Both the position numbers and the translations under genes were made by a program. From Octopus sinensis (Eukaryota), in NCBI RefSeq assembly GCF_006345805.1, contig NC_043001.1, forward strand, positions 73,594,001 to 73,658,000: 64,000 nt of DNA. Direction: 5' to 3'. The notes under the pieces were generated by a model. It did no database searches. It was given only the letters and a program-made list of their open reading frames with translations, and had not been told where the DNA came from. Of the stretch, positions 47,272-60,432 are shown piece by piece. The first letter of the stretch is position 1. Every line of letters begins with the position of its first letter.

Positions 47272-47828
47272 ATTGACAGAGCCGACCAGTATCTACACTG
47301 GTTAATATGTCAGTGTTATAAAATCAAAAGTAGTTATAAGTATCAATCTGAAGCTGTAAATGAGGAAATAAATGTAACAATTCTTTGGGACTTTTCTGTA
47401 CAGAGACAGAACCATCAAAGCTAATAAACCAGATATTGTTATAAAAGACAAAATAATAAAATCTATTTATTTATCAAGATGAGTAACCCTTTTGATCATA
47501 ATATTGCAGCAAAGATTTTGATAAGCTCAGAAATTGAAAAAATGTGGCATCTCAAAGCAGTTACAACACCAGTAATTGTAGGAGAACTAGGAATTATCAA
47601 AAAGGAATGAAAAGTTATTCAAGAATGATCCTTAGAAAAAGTGCAAAAGGCTCTTTTAGCTGGTATGTCACATGAATTGAAAAGAACATTGTTGCTGTGA
47701 GAACGATAACTTTCCATGTAAATCATTTTTATTCTTGCATAACTTTTCCTTTATCCTAGGTGTCTGGAAGACAGTAAAAAATGAAAACAAAATTGAAGGA
47801 AGCAGAAAATAATAATAATAATAATAAT
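47272..47828 (+). mobile_element. Dong/R4-type non-LTR retrotransposon 3' fragment (restriction-like endonuclease region)
   Basis: QYLHWLICQ, TILWDF, TIKANKPDIVIKD, EIEKMWHLKAVTTPVIVG.LG; bounded by (TAA)n on both sides. Confidence 0.78.
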
Positions 47829-48031
47829 TTTGGCACAAACCCAGCAATTTTGGGGAAAGGGTAAATTGATTGCACTGACCCGAGTATTCAACTGGTACTT
47901 ATTTTATCAACCCCAAAAGGATAAAAGGCAAAGTCAACCATGGCAGAATTTGAACTCATGACATGAAGGTGTATGAAATGCCATTAAGCATTTTGCCTGG
48001 CATACTAATGATTCTGCCAGCTTGCCGCCTT
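47829..48031 (-). mobile_element. tRNA-headed SINE
   Basis: Same family as 45024-45258. Confidence 0.75.
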
Positions 48032-49236
48032 TATAATAATAGCAATAAAAATTTAGAATCTATTTTCCATGCTGGCATGGGTTGGACAGTTTGACAGGAT
48101 CTGGTGAGCTACAGGGCTGCATCAAACTCCTATGTCAGCTTTGGCATGGTTTTTATAGCCGGATGTCCTTTCTAATGCCAAATAATAATATTTTATTACT
48201 AATTCTAACTGGCAGTACCTTTGGAAATTCCACACTTAATTTGAAAACTGTAAGATGGTTGGAAGTTTATAGAGAATCATGAAATATATAACTCAGTTTG
48301 AAATTGTATTTTGTTGAAATATTTGATTCTTTAGATGGTACAAAAGTCCTTATTGGTAGAATTGAATGTGCAGTCTTAGGAAATAACATCACTGAAAGCT
48401 GTAGTCCTAGATATACACTTGTGACCTCTTCTACTTTGAGAGTTGTTATACAATCTTAACTATGGAACAAAATCTACATATAATATTGTTCTGCCTCGGT
48501 ATGATAATAATGGTAAAGCTTCAGCAAATTTTAATACACTGCATTACATTCTTATTTTCATATCATAAATCTTCGTCATACATCTCAAACTTTGTCTGTA
48601 TTGCACTTTCACTTGTGGTTAACGACACACAACCTGTGTCTGATATATTGTGTGTAAGGGAGCAAATCACTCCCTCGTAGCATAGGTGTCCAGTAACGAT
48701 GAAGGGTAAAGATCCAGAAACCATGGTCTACTGGTCTTGCAGAACTGGAAAAGATGTTTTCCTGGTGTTAAAGTGTAGTAACATAGTTCTTTATGGAACA
48801 GCCATGTTATAGTGGCAAAAAAAACCTTACCATCTAGAATTGTTACTACTTATCTCGTTTAGAGATTTCAGAAGTAGCTACTTTGCTCCTAGTATATATA
48901 TATAAAATACAAAAATGGGACAAGAACACAAAAAATACATATATATATATATAACCTTTGCATTTGATTTTTTAATGTCTTTACCCCCATACTTTCGTGA
49001 GTTGAATTGAGCAAACGCTATATATGAGAGAGATTTTCTTTAAGTATTAGAAATAGTTTTAAAAAAGTTTTTTTTTGGCTGCTGTTTCTAATGAGTTCAG
49101 TATGTGGCAAAGTAATTTATTTTACTAAGCTCTTTTATATAATGTAATAATTTGAATTCGCCTTAAATGGTCCCTTTGCATACTGAACACTTGGTGAAAT
49201 TGATTAATAATTAATTAATTTTACCCTCAATTGTTG

Positions 49237-49274
<38 letters not shown>

Positions 49275-49868
49275 CAAGTGTATAGCTAACAAGAATGACT
49301 GTAGTCAAGGTTACGGTAAACCCCCATGTTGGTCTGAAAATCCAAGAAACACAACATTGTTTACGTGTATGTGTTTACATTTGTACTCATTTATACTAGA
49401 GTCACGATATTCATAAGTTGGGCTTGTTGGCATTTCTCCTGCACATAAATTACCTGCTCACTTTGTATCGTTATAGCTGTGTAGACTAAGAGATCCCCTG
49501 AAAAACAGGTAAGGGTTAACATCAGGAGGGGTATCCTGCTGTAACATATTTGTCTAAACTATGCTAGCATGAAAAAATAAATAGTAAAAATGAATGAACT
49601 ATCCTCACCATATTGTGTACAAGCATCCCTACTGTATTGTGTATGACATCATCTTTTTCAGACATAGCATACATAGGAGTACATTATTGAATGTGCCCTT
49701 TCTTTCTTTAAAACAGTAATGTGATTTGAGTAACCACATAAATGCTTCCTTGTTGGCTGTAAATTGTATACACACACATGCTAAGTAGGGAATGAAGGGA
49801 ATATAAAAGATCAATGAAAATAATATCAAAATAATTAAAATGGAAAATTAGTAAAGAAATTGATTTAC

Positions 49869-49909
49869 CTCTGCATGTTCTGGAGGAGTACACTGAACAA
49901 ATTCAGGTC
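49869..49909 (-). CDS. SLC37A2: SLC37A2-like coding exon d (41 nt): (R)PEFVQCTPPEHAE
   Basis: Acceptor tcattttag, donor GAG|gtaaat; resembles vertebrate HPEDVDCAPPQH; restores phase 0. Confidence 0.88.
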
Positions 49910-50301
49910 CTAAAATGATATTTCACAATTAGAAAATATTATCAAATTTCACAAAATGGGAATTGTCTGAAAATAAACTGCATTTTTAAACTCACAAAAC
50001 AAGGATACTTATTTCAAAGTTCTTACTCTGTAATAACTTGATATTCCTCATCATTTAATGTACATTCTTCATGCTGGCATGCTGGTGCTATTTGTCTGTT
50101 CTGATATGGTTGTTACAGCTGGATGCCCTTTGTAACACCAACCACTTTACAGCAGGTACAAGGTGCTTTAAATGTGGCACTGGCATGAGTGCATTTACAG
50201 ATTATACCCTAACTCAGTAAGTAGAAACTCAACAAGTAACATTTCAGCAAGTGCCGCAAGTATTAACATAACAAGTATCTAAGTGAGTGTGTATGTGTAT
50301 A

Positions 50302-50514
50302 CAGGGTGGCCCAAAAGTTGGTTTACAGTTATTCAGCTATCTCTTTCGCATTCATATATTAACAGTTTAGATCTTAATTATAAAAAAAATATGAAACTAT
50401 TATTCTATGCTAATTTAGTTAACTGCAAAATAGAAATTTAAACGCAATGAAATTTTTTAAAAGAAATTTAAAGTGCCTATGTGATAACTGTAAACCTACT
50501 TTTGGGCCACCCAG
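50302..50514. mobile_element. Tc1/mariner-type MITE, 213 bp
   Basis: 31-bp TIRs CAGGGTGGCCCAAAAGTTGGTTTACAGTTAT / CTGGGTGGCCCAAAAGTAGGTTTACAGTTAT; TA flanks. Confidence 0.88.
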
Positions 50515-51302
50515 TATATATGTGTGTGTATATGTATATGTGTGTGTGTGTATATATAGATGTATGTATGTGTGAATGTTAGTGCTTGCTAAGTTGTGGC
50601 TCTTGTTAAAATGTTACTTACTGAGTCGTAGTGCTCCTGTATTTACATAGCGCTGATATGGGTGCTTTTTACATGGCACCGGCATTGGTGCTTTTTTTAT
50701 GTGACACAGGCACGGGCGCTTTAAATAGGACAAGCATGGGTGCTTTTACATGACACCAAAACCCACAAGCCAACAAGGCAAGGGTCTCTTGGCTGAAAGA
50801 GGGATGAAAAGCATATGTCTGTATGCATGAGTAGCCATGATTTTACTTAGCTTGACATGCCTTCTCAAGCACAGCAGACTGCCAGAGGTCTTGGTCACGT
50901 GTCATCTTCTCTGTGAGGATGAATGTCTTGAGATCTTTTTTCACCATTTCGTCTCACATCTTCCTGGGTCTACCCCTCCCACATGCTCACTCCACAATTA
51001 GAAATCAGCACTTTTTGACTTTGCCATGATTGCATGAGTCAGATGAATTCACTGAGGTTGATTTTCTATGACTGGATCCTCTTCCTGTCACTTGTTTCCA
51101 AGTAAGATAATATAAGGTGCCATGCAGTGGAACTGAACCTGAAATCACATGGTTGCAAAGTGATATTCTTAATCACACTGCCCATGCTGGCACTCTAAAA
51201 TTTGAAAATATAATTGATTTAATTATGTGTACCTGTCAAACATATATGATTGTCAAAGTAATAATATTGTTAATTAAGAATGTTTTATCAAACTTTACTT
51301 AC

Positions 51303-51469
51303 TGTGAATCATAAATAGAAAGGCAAAAATACCCATGGCTCCAATAATTATTCCAGGAGCAACGAAAGACCATCCCCAATTTGTTTCAACAAATTCTCCA
51401 GCTATAACAGAACCAAGAATGTTTCCTACTGATGTATGAGAATTCCATATTCCCATTATCAATCCACGG
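51303..51469 (-). CDS. SLC37A2: SLC37A2-like coding exon c (167 nt): RGLIMGIWNSHTSVGNILGSVIAGEFVETNWGWSFVAPGIIIGAMGIFAFLFMIH
   Basis: Acceptor tttaatttcag, donor CA|gtaagt; phases 2 and 1 fit the neighbouring exons. Confidence 0.96.
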
Positions 51470-51559
51470 CTGAAATTAAAAACAAAAACAGAAATTACAC
51501 ATTTGATAATAAATTAGTTATGATCTTTATGAATCTCCATTAAAGAAGTACAGTAGTTC

Positions 51560-51960
51560 TCAACCTTGTGTAGTTCAGTAGTTTTTTTACAATCATAATG
51601 TGAAATGGCAGCAACATATGACAAATGAATGCCTTTACAAAGACCAGTTGAAGGAATCTGAGGTAGATGCAGACCCAGCCAAAAGTTAGTGAGAAAAATC
51701 AAGCAAAGAGGGCTGCAACTATCTGGTGACTGCATGCACCACTCTAAACTGGAAGTATCCAAATTAGTCTTCTGGAACCCACTTCATGTTGATGTAAGAA
51801 AAGGAAAACATCATCACACTTACATTGACAACCTGACCACAGACATTGGCTTGGGATGTATCCAGGACCATGACGCAGTGATGTTGGACCAAGAGGTGTG
51901 ACAGGGAAACTTTGTTGCTGTGGCCCAGGGTGGAACACAGCCATAAAAAAAGGAAAAAAT
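51560..51960 (+). mobile_element. RTE/RTE-X-like LINE 3' end
   Basis: KIKQRGLQLSGDCMHH..VSKLVFWNP..RKGKH..TYIDNL..VMLDQEV; ends in an A-rich tail. Confidence 0.65.
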
Positions 51961-52620
51961 GTACAGAGTGACATTGAGCAAGGCTAATGCTGATGTCAAA
52001 TGTAAGTAAAGCCCTGGTAGGATGATATCTAGCAGGAGATGGACAGCTATAAGGTAGGAGGCTGTGGTCTGATGTGTGCACACCCACAGTTCTTTGTTGG
52101 AAATGAGATGGTACCAACTAATGTCCTTGATAGTTCTCAGGGCTCAGCTATTGAAGTTGGCAATCCTTTTTGCCAAGGTCATCGAGAGAGGCCACATTTC
52201 TGCTCCATAGAGGAGAATGGAGAGTGTCAATGCATTGTAGATGCAGCTGAACATGACTGGGGAAGATCTCCAGAGGCTTGATGTCATCTTGGAGGATGGA
52301 GAGGGTCTAGCATTGGACCACCAGCAACGGAGAGCACTGGTAGACCTGGTCAGCTCTATGCATGATGATGTCTCTGGTATCACCTCAGCCCCATCAAGCA
52401 AGAGCATGAAGCAAACAGAAGCAAAGTAATATTGATGCGCTCCTCTTTCTCTCCTCCCTCCACCCTGACTGTCATGTCCTAGATGTGCCTGTGGATCAAA
52501 GAGTGTGAGAATGAAAAAGTACCTATGACAGCTTGTGATTGTATATGCACCTAAAACAAAAGCATGGTATATTTTGTCAAGCCTCATCATTCATTGATGA
52601 TGGCTGGCTCTTTTACTTGA
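51960..52620 (-). mobile_element. RTE-like LINE RT C-terminal fragment, tail-to-tail with the previous one
   Basis: IYNALTLSILLYGAEMWPLSMTLAKRI..ISNKELW.CTHQ. Confidence 0.7.
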
Positions 52621-52914
52621 GGTGAAAAGATGGGTTGGAAATGAATTGTAAAGTGTCACAGTTCTGGGTGAGAAGAACTGGATGAATGGTTTAGTACAAG
52701 ATCTAAACTATATGAAGAAAGTGGAAAGAGCACTCAAATTTTCTACTATTATTTTTTTTTTTTTACTTTTCTGCTTTAACTTGGGTCTGGGGGAAGAAAC
52801 TGCTCATGGTTTTTTCAGGCCCTCCTAGATTGATGCTATTAATGTTTAAAGTGTTCTCTGAAAGAGAAAGCAAAAATCAACCAAATGCTCCCAACATCAA
52901 TGCAAACACTTGAA

Positions 52915-53345
52915 TCATTATCATCATCATTTAGCATCCGTCTTCCATGCTAGCATGGGTTGAACGGTTCAACTGGGGTCTGGGAAGCCAGAAGGCTGCA
53001 CCAGGTCCAGTCTGATCTGGCAATGTTTCTATGGCTGGATGCCCTTCCTAACGCCAAACACTCCCTGAGTGTAGTGGGTGCTTTTTACGTGCCACCGGCA
53101 CAGGTGCCAGAGGAGGCTGGCAAACGGCCACGATCAGATGGTGCTTTTTATGTGCCACCAGCATGGAGGCCAGGCGAGGCTGGCAATGGCCACGATCGGA
53201 TGGTGCATTTTACGTACCACCGGCACGGAGGCCAGTCAGGGCGGTGCTGGCAACGGCCATGTTCGGATAGTTCTCTTACGTGCCAACGTAACTAGTATCA
53301 CAGCTACAATTTTCATTGATGTTGATCGATTTCGATTTTCACTGA
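52915..53345 (-). mobile_element. RTE LINE 3' UTR and tail
   Basis: (CAT)n, gatgcccttcctaacgccaa block and tandem tttacgtgccaccggca sub-repeats. Confidence 0.8.
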
Positions 53346-54704
53346 CAGTTTAACAGGGACTGATGAGTTGGATGACAGCATTATGCCATTCCTGTTACTA
53401 ACCACTTTGCAGAGTGTAATGGGTATTTTTTTTTGTGGCATCAGCACTAGTGATGACTGCCTTATTATATGTAAGGTTAAGGGCCTAAAGTAGTCCCAAA
53501 GCAGAGAGGGAGAATAGAAGAGGGAATGTGCAATGATTCTAGGCAGAGGAATGAAGGAAAGTAAGAAACAGAAGAGGATGAGGAAAAGAGGGGAGAGGGA
53601 AGAAATTAGCAAGTCGGTTGAGAAAAAGGGAGGGATAGACTTGAATATCAATAACTATTTAAACCATGGCACATACAAATAATAAGAGACAAATAGATAT
53701 TGATCCAAACATTTGCCAACATCTAGATTGTCATTGATTAACTCCAGAGTATCAAAAATAGGGAAATTGTGCATTAAATGATGAGAACACTGCACCAAGT
53801 GCATCACCCTAGATATGCAGATATGAGACATCAATTTGGACTGTCTTTATTATTTAATCATTGTTCTAGCAGTAATCATCATGTCTTTAAGTCAGATTGT
53901 CAGACATATTCAAATTATATCATGCAATCTTCATGTTGAAGATGATAGGGTGTTTTTGAACATTTGGCTGTTACTCTGAGTAAGCTTAGCAATTATATAA
54001 AAACTCAAACTCATGGTGAATATCTCATGGTGTCAAAAGCCAATATGAGAATTTCTCTCATGGTAACTACTGCAGTATATTTGGTTCTAACAGAACATCC
54101 ACATTTAAGTAGGGATAAATATTACCTCAAACTGAGGAGTTTTGCTCATTTTACATTCATTTTTCTATGCTAGCATGGGTTAGACAAATATATAAATAGG
54201 CAAAGTTTTATAGCCCTTCTTGTTTTCCAAGTAAGGGATCTTTTATTCTGCACATCTCTGAAGTGTGTATGATAATTTTTTGACAGCTGAAATGACAACA
54301 GTGTCACTGCTTGTAGCTTGTGCATTCAAAGAACATGTAAACATCTCTCTCTCTCTCTTTCACACACACACACATGTATACATATGAACACAAGCTTCTT
54401 TCAGTTACTCTCTATCAAATCCATTCTCAAAGTTTTGGGAAGCACAGGGCTATGGCAGAAGATTCTTGCCTAAAGTGCAGTGCAGTGGGAAATGAACTTC
54501 TTACTTGTATAAGGATACTGTCATGTTTGCTTGACTTAACAGACAACTGCCAAATCTTCCTGAAATTTACACCTTACTGTGTTAAATACGAGTGTACATT
54601 GGACAACGTAGTCTTAGGCGAAAAGACATCTGGCCAGATAATAGGTCAACTGGATCAGGGCTGATGTAGGGCTAATCAATAACTTTTTATAATTCTGTTG
54701 TCGT

Positions 54705-55410
54705 CGTCGTCGTCATCATCATCGTTTAACGTCCGTTTTCCACGCTAGCATGGATTGGATGGTTCAACCGGCATCTAGGAAGCCAGATGCCTTTCCTAAT
54801 GCCAACCAGTCCATGAGTGTAGTGGCTGCTTTTTTACGTGCCACTGGCACAGGGGCCAGAGGAGGCTGGCAATGGCCACGATTGGTTGGTGCTTTTTATG
54901 TGTCACCGGCAGTCAGGGTGGCGCTGGCATCGGCCATGTTCAGATGGTGCTTCTTACATGCCACCGGCACGGGTATCACAACTACAATTTCCATTTGATT
55001 TTTATTTTGATGTTGATGTACTTCACTTAATAGGTCTCCTCAAGCACAGCAGATTGCCCTACAATCCAAGGTATTTTTGAATGGGCTAGGGCTGGTTATG
55101 CGAAACTGGTGTAGGATACAGCCAGGAACTCACTTTATTTGTCAGGTCTTTTCAGTCACAGCATATCTCGAGAAGTCTCGGTCTTTTGTCATTGCCTCTG
55201 TGAGGCCCAACATTTGAAGGTCATGCTTGACCAGCTCATCCAATGTCTTCCTGGGTCTACCTTTACCCCGGATTCCTTCAACTGTTTGGGAGTGGCACTT
55301 CTTCACACATCTCTCCTCATCCATCCATAGTACATGACCATACCAGTGCAAACGTCTCTCTTGCATGCCACATCTGATGCTTCTTATGTCCAACATTTCT
55401 CTGCACACTG
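54705..55410 (-). mobile_element. RTE LINE 3' end
   Basis: LDIRSIRCGMQERRLHWYGHVLWMDEERC..GKGRPRKT on the minus strand, then 3' UTR and (GAT/GAC)n tail. Confidence 0.88.
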
Positions 55411-55695
55411 ACATTATTTAAGCATATAAAATACAGGTTTACAAAACAGGATAAATGTTCACATTTTATACTCAAATGAAGTTACTGGTTATAATGAAAT
55501 CAATAAAATAATGATTGGGATGCTAAGTATTGATATTAGTGAAGAAGGTCATATGGTAATCAAGGCAAAAAGCAAGTCTTTATCGGACACTTCTCGTTCA
55601 GCAACATTTACATAATAAAATATTGATATTAATACATCAATACATTATTAATGTTAATAATATCAATTCAGTATTGATATTAGTGATGAAGGTAG

Positions 55696-55892
55696 GATGG
55701 CAAGCAGGTAGAATTGTTAGCACACCAGGCAAAATGCTTAGCGGCATTTCATCTGTCTTTAACATTCAAATTCTGCTGAGGTTGATTTTGCCATTCATCC
55801 TTTTGGGGGTTGATAAAATAAGTACCAGTTGAACACTGAGGTCGATGTAATTGACTAACCCCAACCCCTGAAATTGCTGGCGTTGTGTCAAA
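55696..55892 (+). mobile_element. tRNA-headed SINE
   Basis: Same family as 43652-43848. Confidence 0.75.
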
Positions 55893-56000
55893 ATCTGAAA
55901 CTGATGTTAGTAATGAAAGTCTTATGATAGTCAAGGTAGAAACAAGTTGCTGTTGGGCTCTTATTAACATGATTTATGAAAGATTTTTGATTCTACTTAC

Positions 56001-56077
56001 TTCCCTTTACCAAACCAATTCCCCATGTAAGTCACAACACTGGGCCATCCTGATGCTTGAAATAAACCACAGAATAT
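56001..56077 (-). CDS. SLC37A2: SLC37A2-like coding exon b (77 nt): IFCGLFQASGWPSVVTYMGNWFGKG(N)
   Basis: Acceptor cactttttag, donor AA|gtaagt; GWPSVV and GNWFGKG motifs. Confidence 0.95.
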
Positions 56078-56225
56078 CTAAAAAGTGAGAGAAAAGTTAT
56101 TAGTAAGAAATTATAATTTTATTATATGAAATGGTACTTAAGTTTTTTAAATTATTTTGCTACCTATCTTCTAAAACTATATACAGTGTTTGTTGAAATC
56201 CACAGATATATACCAAGTACACACA

Positions 56226-56435
56226 CAGAGTAGGCCAAAAGTCATGCACCAAGTAAGTTTAATATGCTCTGGAATTGTCAAAGACATGCTTCAATTTTTC
56301 TAAAATTGAAGAAAATAAATAAATGAAATAATGATGAATACACATTTACTTGCACATGACGAACAAAATGAATGATAATAACATAATATAAATAAAATGC
56401 CAAATGTTTTGGTGCATGACTTTTGGCTCACCCTG
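56226..56435. mobile_element. Tc1/mariner-type MITE, 210 bp
   Basis: TIRs cagagtaggccaaaagtcatgcaccaa / cagggtgagccaaaagtcatgcaccaa. Confidence 0.82.
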
Positions 56436-56534
56436 TATGTATGTATGTGTATATATATATAACGATGATGATGATGATATGTGTGTGTGTGTGTGTATGT
56501 ATATATATATATAGTTCTTTTTTTCTTTTTTTTT

Positions 56535-56912
56535 TACTTGTTTCAGTCAGACTGCTGCCATGCTGGGGCACTGCCATGAAGAATTTTTAGTTGAATAAAT
56601 CGACCCCAGTCTTGATTTATTTTTTTTTAAGCCTGGCACTTATTCAATCACTCTCTTTTGCTGAACTGCTAAGTTATGGGGATGTAAACACATCAGCACT
56701 GGTTGTCAAGCGGTGGTGAGGGACAACACAGACACAAAGACACACACATATACGATAGGTTTCTTTCCAGTTTCTATCTACTGAAACCACCCACAAGTAT
56801 TGGTTGGCTCAAGGCTATAATAGAAGACACCTGCCCAAGGTGTCATGCAGTGGATCTGAACCTGGAACCATGTAGTTGGGAAGCAAGCTTCTTACTAGAC
56901 AGCAGCCACGCC

Positions 56913-56915
<3 letters not shown>
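56535..56915 (-). mobile_element. CORE-like SINE
   Basis: Reverse complement of the 9943 family; further copies at about 19255-19398, 41790-42020, 44325-44570, 58058-58260. Confidence 0.8.
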
Positions 56916-56981
<66 letters not shown>

Positions 56982-57139
56982 GTGTGTGTGTGTGTAAAAA
57001 AATACAAACTGGGACAAGAACGCAAAACATTTAGAAGACGATACAAAAAACGGACGGGACATTCAAAGCCTTCAATCTTCAGTCAAGAACCGGATCATCC
57101 TTGCAATTTCAGCTGATTAATCTTGAGATTGCTCCAATC

Positions 57140-57385
57140 TATATCATCATCATCATTATCGTTTAACATCCGTTTTCCATGCTAGCATGGGTTGGACAGT
57201 TCAACTGGGGTTTGGGAAGCCAGGAGCCTGCGCCAGGCTCCAGTCTGATCTGGCAGTGTTTCTACAGGTGGATGCCCTTCCTAACGCCAACCACTTCGTG
57301 AGTGTAGTGGGTGCTTTTTACATGCTACCGGCACAAGGGCCAGGGGAGGCTGGCAAACGGCCATGATTGATTGGTGCTTTACACA
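57140..57385 (-). mobile_element. RTE LINE 3' tail
   Basis: (CAT)n..gtttaacatccgttttccatgctagcatggg..gatgcccttcctaacgccaacc. Confidence 0.8.
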
Positions 57386-58808
57386 CACATATATCAAGGG
57401 AGAGGAAGAGATGGGATAAGATAGATGTTTGTGGATATATCAACATCATTTAATATCCATGTTGCATGTTGGTGCGGGTTGAACAGTTGTATTATGCTCC
57501 AGTGACTGTTTAGGCATGGATTCTGTGGCTGGATGCCCTTCCTAACACCAACCGCTTTACAACATGTGTTGGGTGCTTTTTTCGTGACACCATCACAAGT
57601 GAGGCAATCATGCAGTTTGAAAGACTATGAACCCCAAGTGGATATCTTTATGCTAGGAGATGAGGAATGAAAGATGGGTAAAGTATGAGAGAAGAAGGCA
57701 TGGCTATGTAGTTAAAAAGTTTGCTTCACAAGAATATGGTTTCAATATCAATCACATGCTGTGACAATATCTTGTGTAAGATTCTTCTACCACAGCCTTG
57801 GACTGACCAATATAGATACTGTGGAATGCCACTGGAAGGACTGTTCTTGTTCCTGGGTGGCACCAATAGTCCATCCTCTTAATGTTACCATTTGGCCCTT
57901 GGGTACCGTAAGAAGAATCCATTCTGTTGCAAGCATTCAAGCCAGACATCTGATATGAAGTCCCAACAGTATCAGAAGTCCAGTAAAGTCCTTCCTCTGG
58001 GTAAACCAGAAAAAAAAAAGAAAGAAAAAAAGAAAAGAATAATGTTTGTGATAATAGGTACAGGCATGGCTTTGTGATTAAGAAGCTTGCTTCCCAGTCA
58101 TGTGGTTTGAGGTTCAGTCCCACTGCGTGACACATTGGGCAAGTGCCTTCTGTAATAGCCCTGGACTAACCAAAGCCTTGTGAGTGGATTTGGTTGATAG
58201 AAACTGAAAGACGTTCATTGTATACACATGTACGTATATGTGTGATGTGTGTGAACATCCAGATGCTTTGTCTTGACACTGCATGATGGCTTACATTACA
58301 TTTACAATTTTTCATGAGAAACATGTCAGGCTATTGGGAAGTGTTAACTAGTTTGGAAACAGGTGAAGTTGGTGAAAGGAAGAGCATCTGGTTGAATTCT
58401 TTATGACTCATGCAAGCATGAAAAAGTGAATGTTAAAACAATGATGATGATGATGAGCAGGAGGAGAATGATATAAGAATGTCTCTCCTAATATAAACTA
58501 CCCAAAGTGCATCTAGTTTAAGAGTACAATGGCAAAGTCACTAATGAAAATGAAAACCTTTCAGGTTTTAGTTAATAATACCTTATCCATAAAGCTTTAA
58601 TGTTAACTGTAGAAGAATGAAAAGTAAATTTCACTCAAGCAAGAGATAAATAGAGATCTGTAACAAACTACTAGAATAGTTTTATCCACCCACCACCTTA
58701 CCTATTTCCTGTGCCTTTAATCTTGTGTAATGTTAAGTATATTCCTGAGATATTTACCATGAACTTGGCTCCTGCTCAAAGAAAGAGGAAACATAACTGA
58801 AGACCTAC

Positions 58809-58944
58809 CTGAACAAAAATATAGTAAGTTAAAGAATGGATGTTGAAGAAATAACCAAATCCAAAGGCAGCTGTTAAAATACCACTGAGTAGCATACCAC
58901 AGGATAGAAAGTACCGAAGATTGACACGTTCAGCAACATGACCA
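58809..58944 (-). CDS. SLC37A2: SLC37A2-like coding exon a (136 nt): (S)GHVAERVNLRYFLSCGMLLSGILTAAFGFGYFFNIHSLTYYIFVQ
   Basis: Acceptor ctttctttccag, donor CAG|gtaggt; translation matches SLC37 TM2-TM4 region. Confidence 0.95.
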
Positions 58945-60304
58945 CTGGAAAGAAAGGGAGAGAGAAAAAACAAGACAGAGATAGAGACAAAGAGAGATCA
59001 ACAAAGGTTAAATGATTATATCAAAAGTAAGAGACTAATAAAAGGTTCTCTCTGAGTATTATGTATTACAAACAAAATATACACTCTGACTATATCTTGA
59101 TTCATCACATCTCAAAGTCAAGTGGCTGATACTCTTGTCAGCAATATTAGTTTTTTTTTTTTCATTATACATCAAGTTAAATTATTTTTGTGGAGATTAA
59201 TTAATCAACTTATAGACTAAATAGTAAAGTTGATTCCACTAAATTGCACAACGTCCAGGATTGAAATTCTCATGCAATTAACTGAATTTACATTGCAAGT
59301 AGAAATGGAGTATAAAATTTTATGGTTTTGCTACACATAGATGGGTTCTATAATAAAGCACCAAATGTATTTCTTTTTTACTTCCAGCATGTTTTACATC
59401 TTTAAGATTTAACCCTTTAACATTCAAATAATTCTGTCAAATGTAATGCTTATTTATTTACATTGCTTACATTTATTTACATTATCTTGTAGCATTAATT
59501 GATTGTATATTTTTAGAGTAATATTCTAGGGAGGCATGAGAGCCTGGATCTGATCAGTTTGAATATAAAACTGGTGGAATATTTGGGCCAGATATGGCTG
59601 AATTAAACACTTAAGGGTTAAACATAATTTACTCATGGTACTTGATATTCTTCAATTACCAATTCTAGTCAAATTTATACTAGCTGACAATAATGATTGC
59701 ACCTTTTCTATCACCAGTTCAAGCCACATTAGATGGCAATAATGATTACATACTTTTTACATTTTCCACAATGTTAATTGATATTCTTCATCAATTATCA
59801 ATTCTTGCCAGATTTATACTATGACAGTAATGAGATCGCGTAGTTTTTATTACTCCATGTCAACAATTAAGGTGATAAAAATTTGAAAAAAAATTATTGA
59901 TTAGGTTTAATCACAAGTTAATATGGTCAGTAGTGTAAACAACAAAACCGTATCCATTCACTGCTTCATTCTAAATTATCTTTCTGTAAAGCTTATCTAG
60001 AAACAAGATTCATCTAGTCAAGGATTTTATTATGCATAACAGCCTCTATCTGCAATCACAGAGATAAAAATTACACTGGAATCTGAAGTTTGATAGTCTA
60101 TATTCCATTAAAATGATAAGAATATTTTGAATATTTGTAACACCTTTAACACTGGTTGTTTGTAAGCATGAAGTACTGACTGACTGTTATATTAGCTAAT
60201 TGTGAAAATAGAAGCTTCCAGAATAATTTTATTCACATCAAATCAATGTTTAATTTTATGCTATATTTAACCAACATTCAATTCATAATCAGAAATAGAA
60301 TCGT

Positions 60305-60432
60305 ATGCAATTAACACAAACTAATGTAATTTTTTAATGCAATTAACTGATAAATTCCACATAGATTTGATGGTAAATGGTTCAGTGGTTTGGAAAGTTA
60401 TGCAATTAACAGGAGCTGGATTATGCAATTAA
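60305..60432. promoter_or_regulatory. Cluster of four ATGCAATTAA motifs (candidate intronic regulatory element)
   Basis: Exact 10-mers at 60305, 60337, 60400, 60423, with non-repetitive spacers; a fifth at 59272. Function is inference. Confidence 0.4.

Larger units (their letters stand above)
11737..58944 (-). other. SLC37A2: SLC37A1/SLC37A2-like sugar-phosphate:phosphate exchanger gene span (13 coding exons in window; 5' exons outside window)
   Basis: 13 GT-AG exons join in one frame and give SLC37 motifs GWPSVV..GNWFGKG.RG.IMGIWNSHTSVGNILGS, GVVEFSLCLFFAKL.SYTFLYWLP, NGPYALITTAVSADLG and IIDGTGS.GAALGPLL. The symbol means closest vertebrate homolog; A1 versus A2 orthology cannot be resolved by eye. 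Confidence 0.93.

Noticed and set aside
49607-49760. Possible loop exon ending at an ATG|gtgag donor
   Set aside because: No acceptor gives an open in-frame exon; the sequence is a copy of the ~127-bp dispersed repeat.
57055-57090. CTGAAGA..TTTGAATG hammerhead-like string in a Penelope-type relic (similar case at about 14290-14320)
   Set aside because: Core and stems too degraded to support a ribozyme call from this copy alone.
59642-59832. Degenerate 55-bp direct repeat with 136-bp period
   Set aside because: Low identity in very AT-rich sequence and only two copies; no structure or family link.
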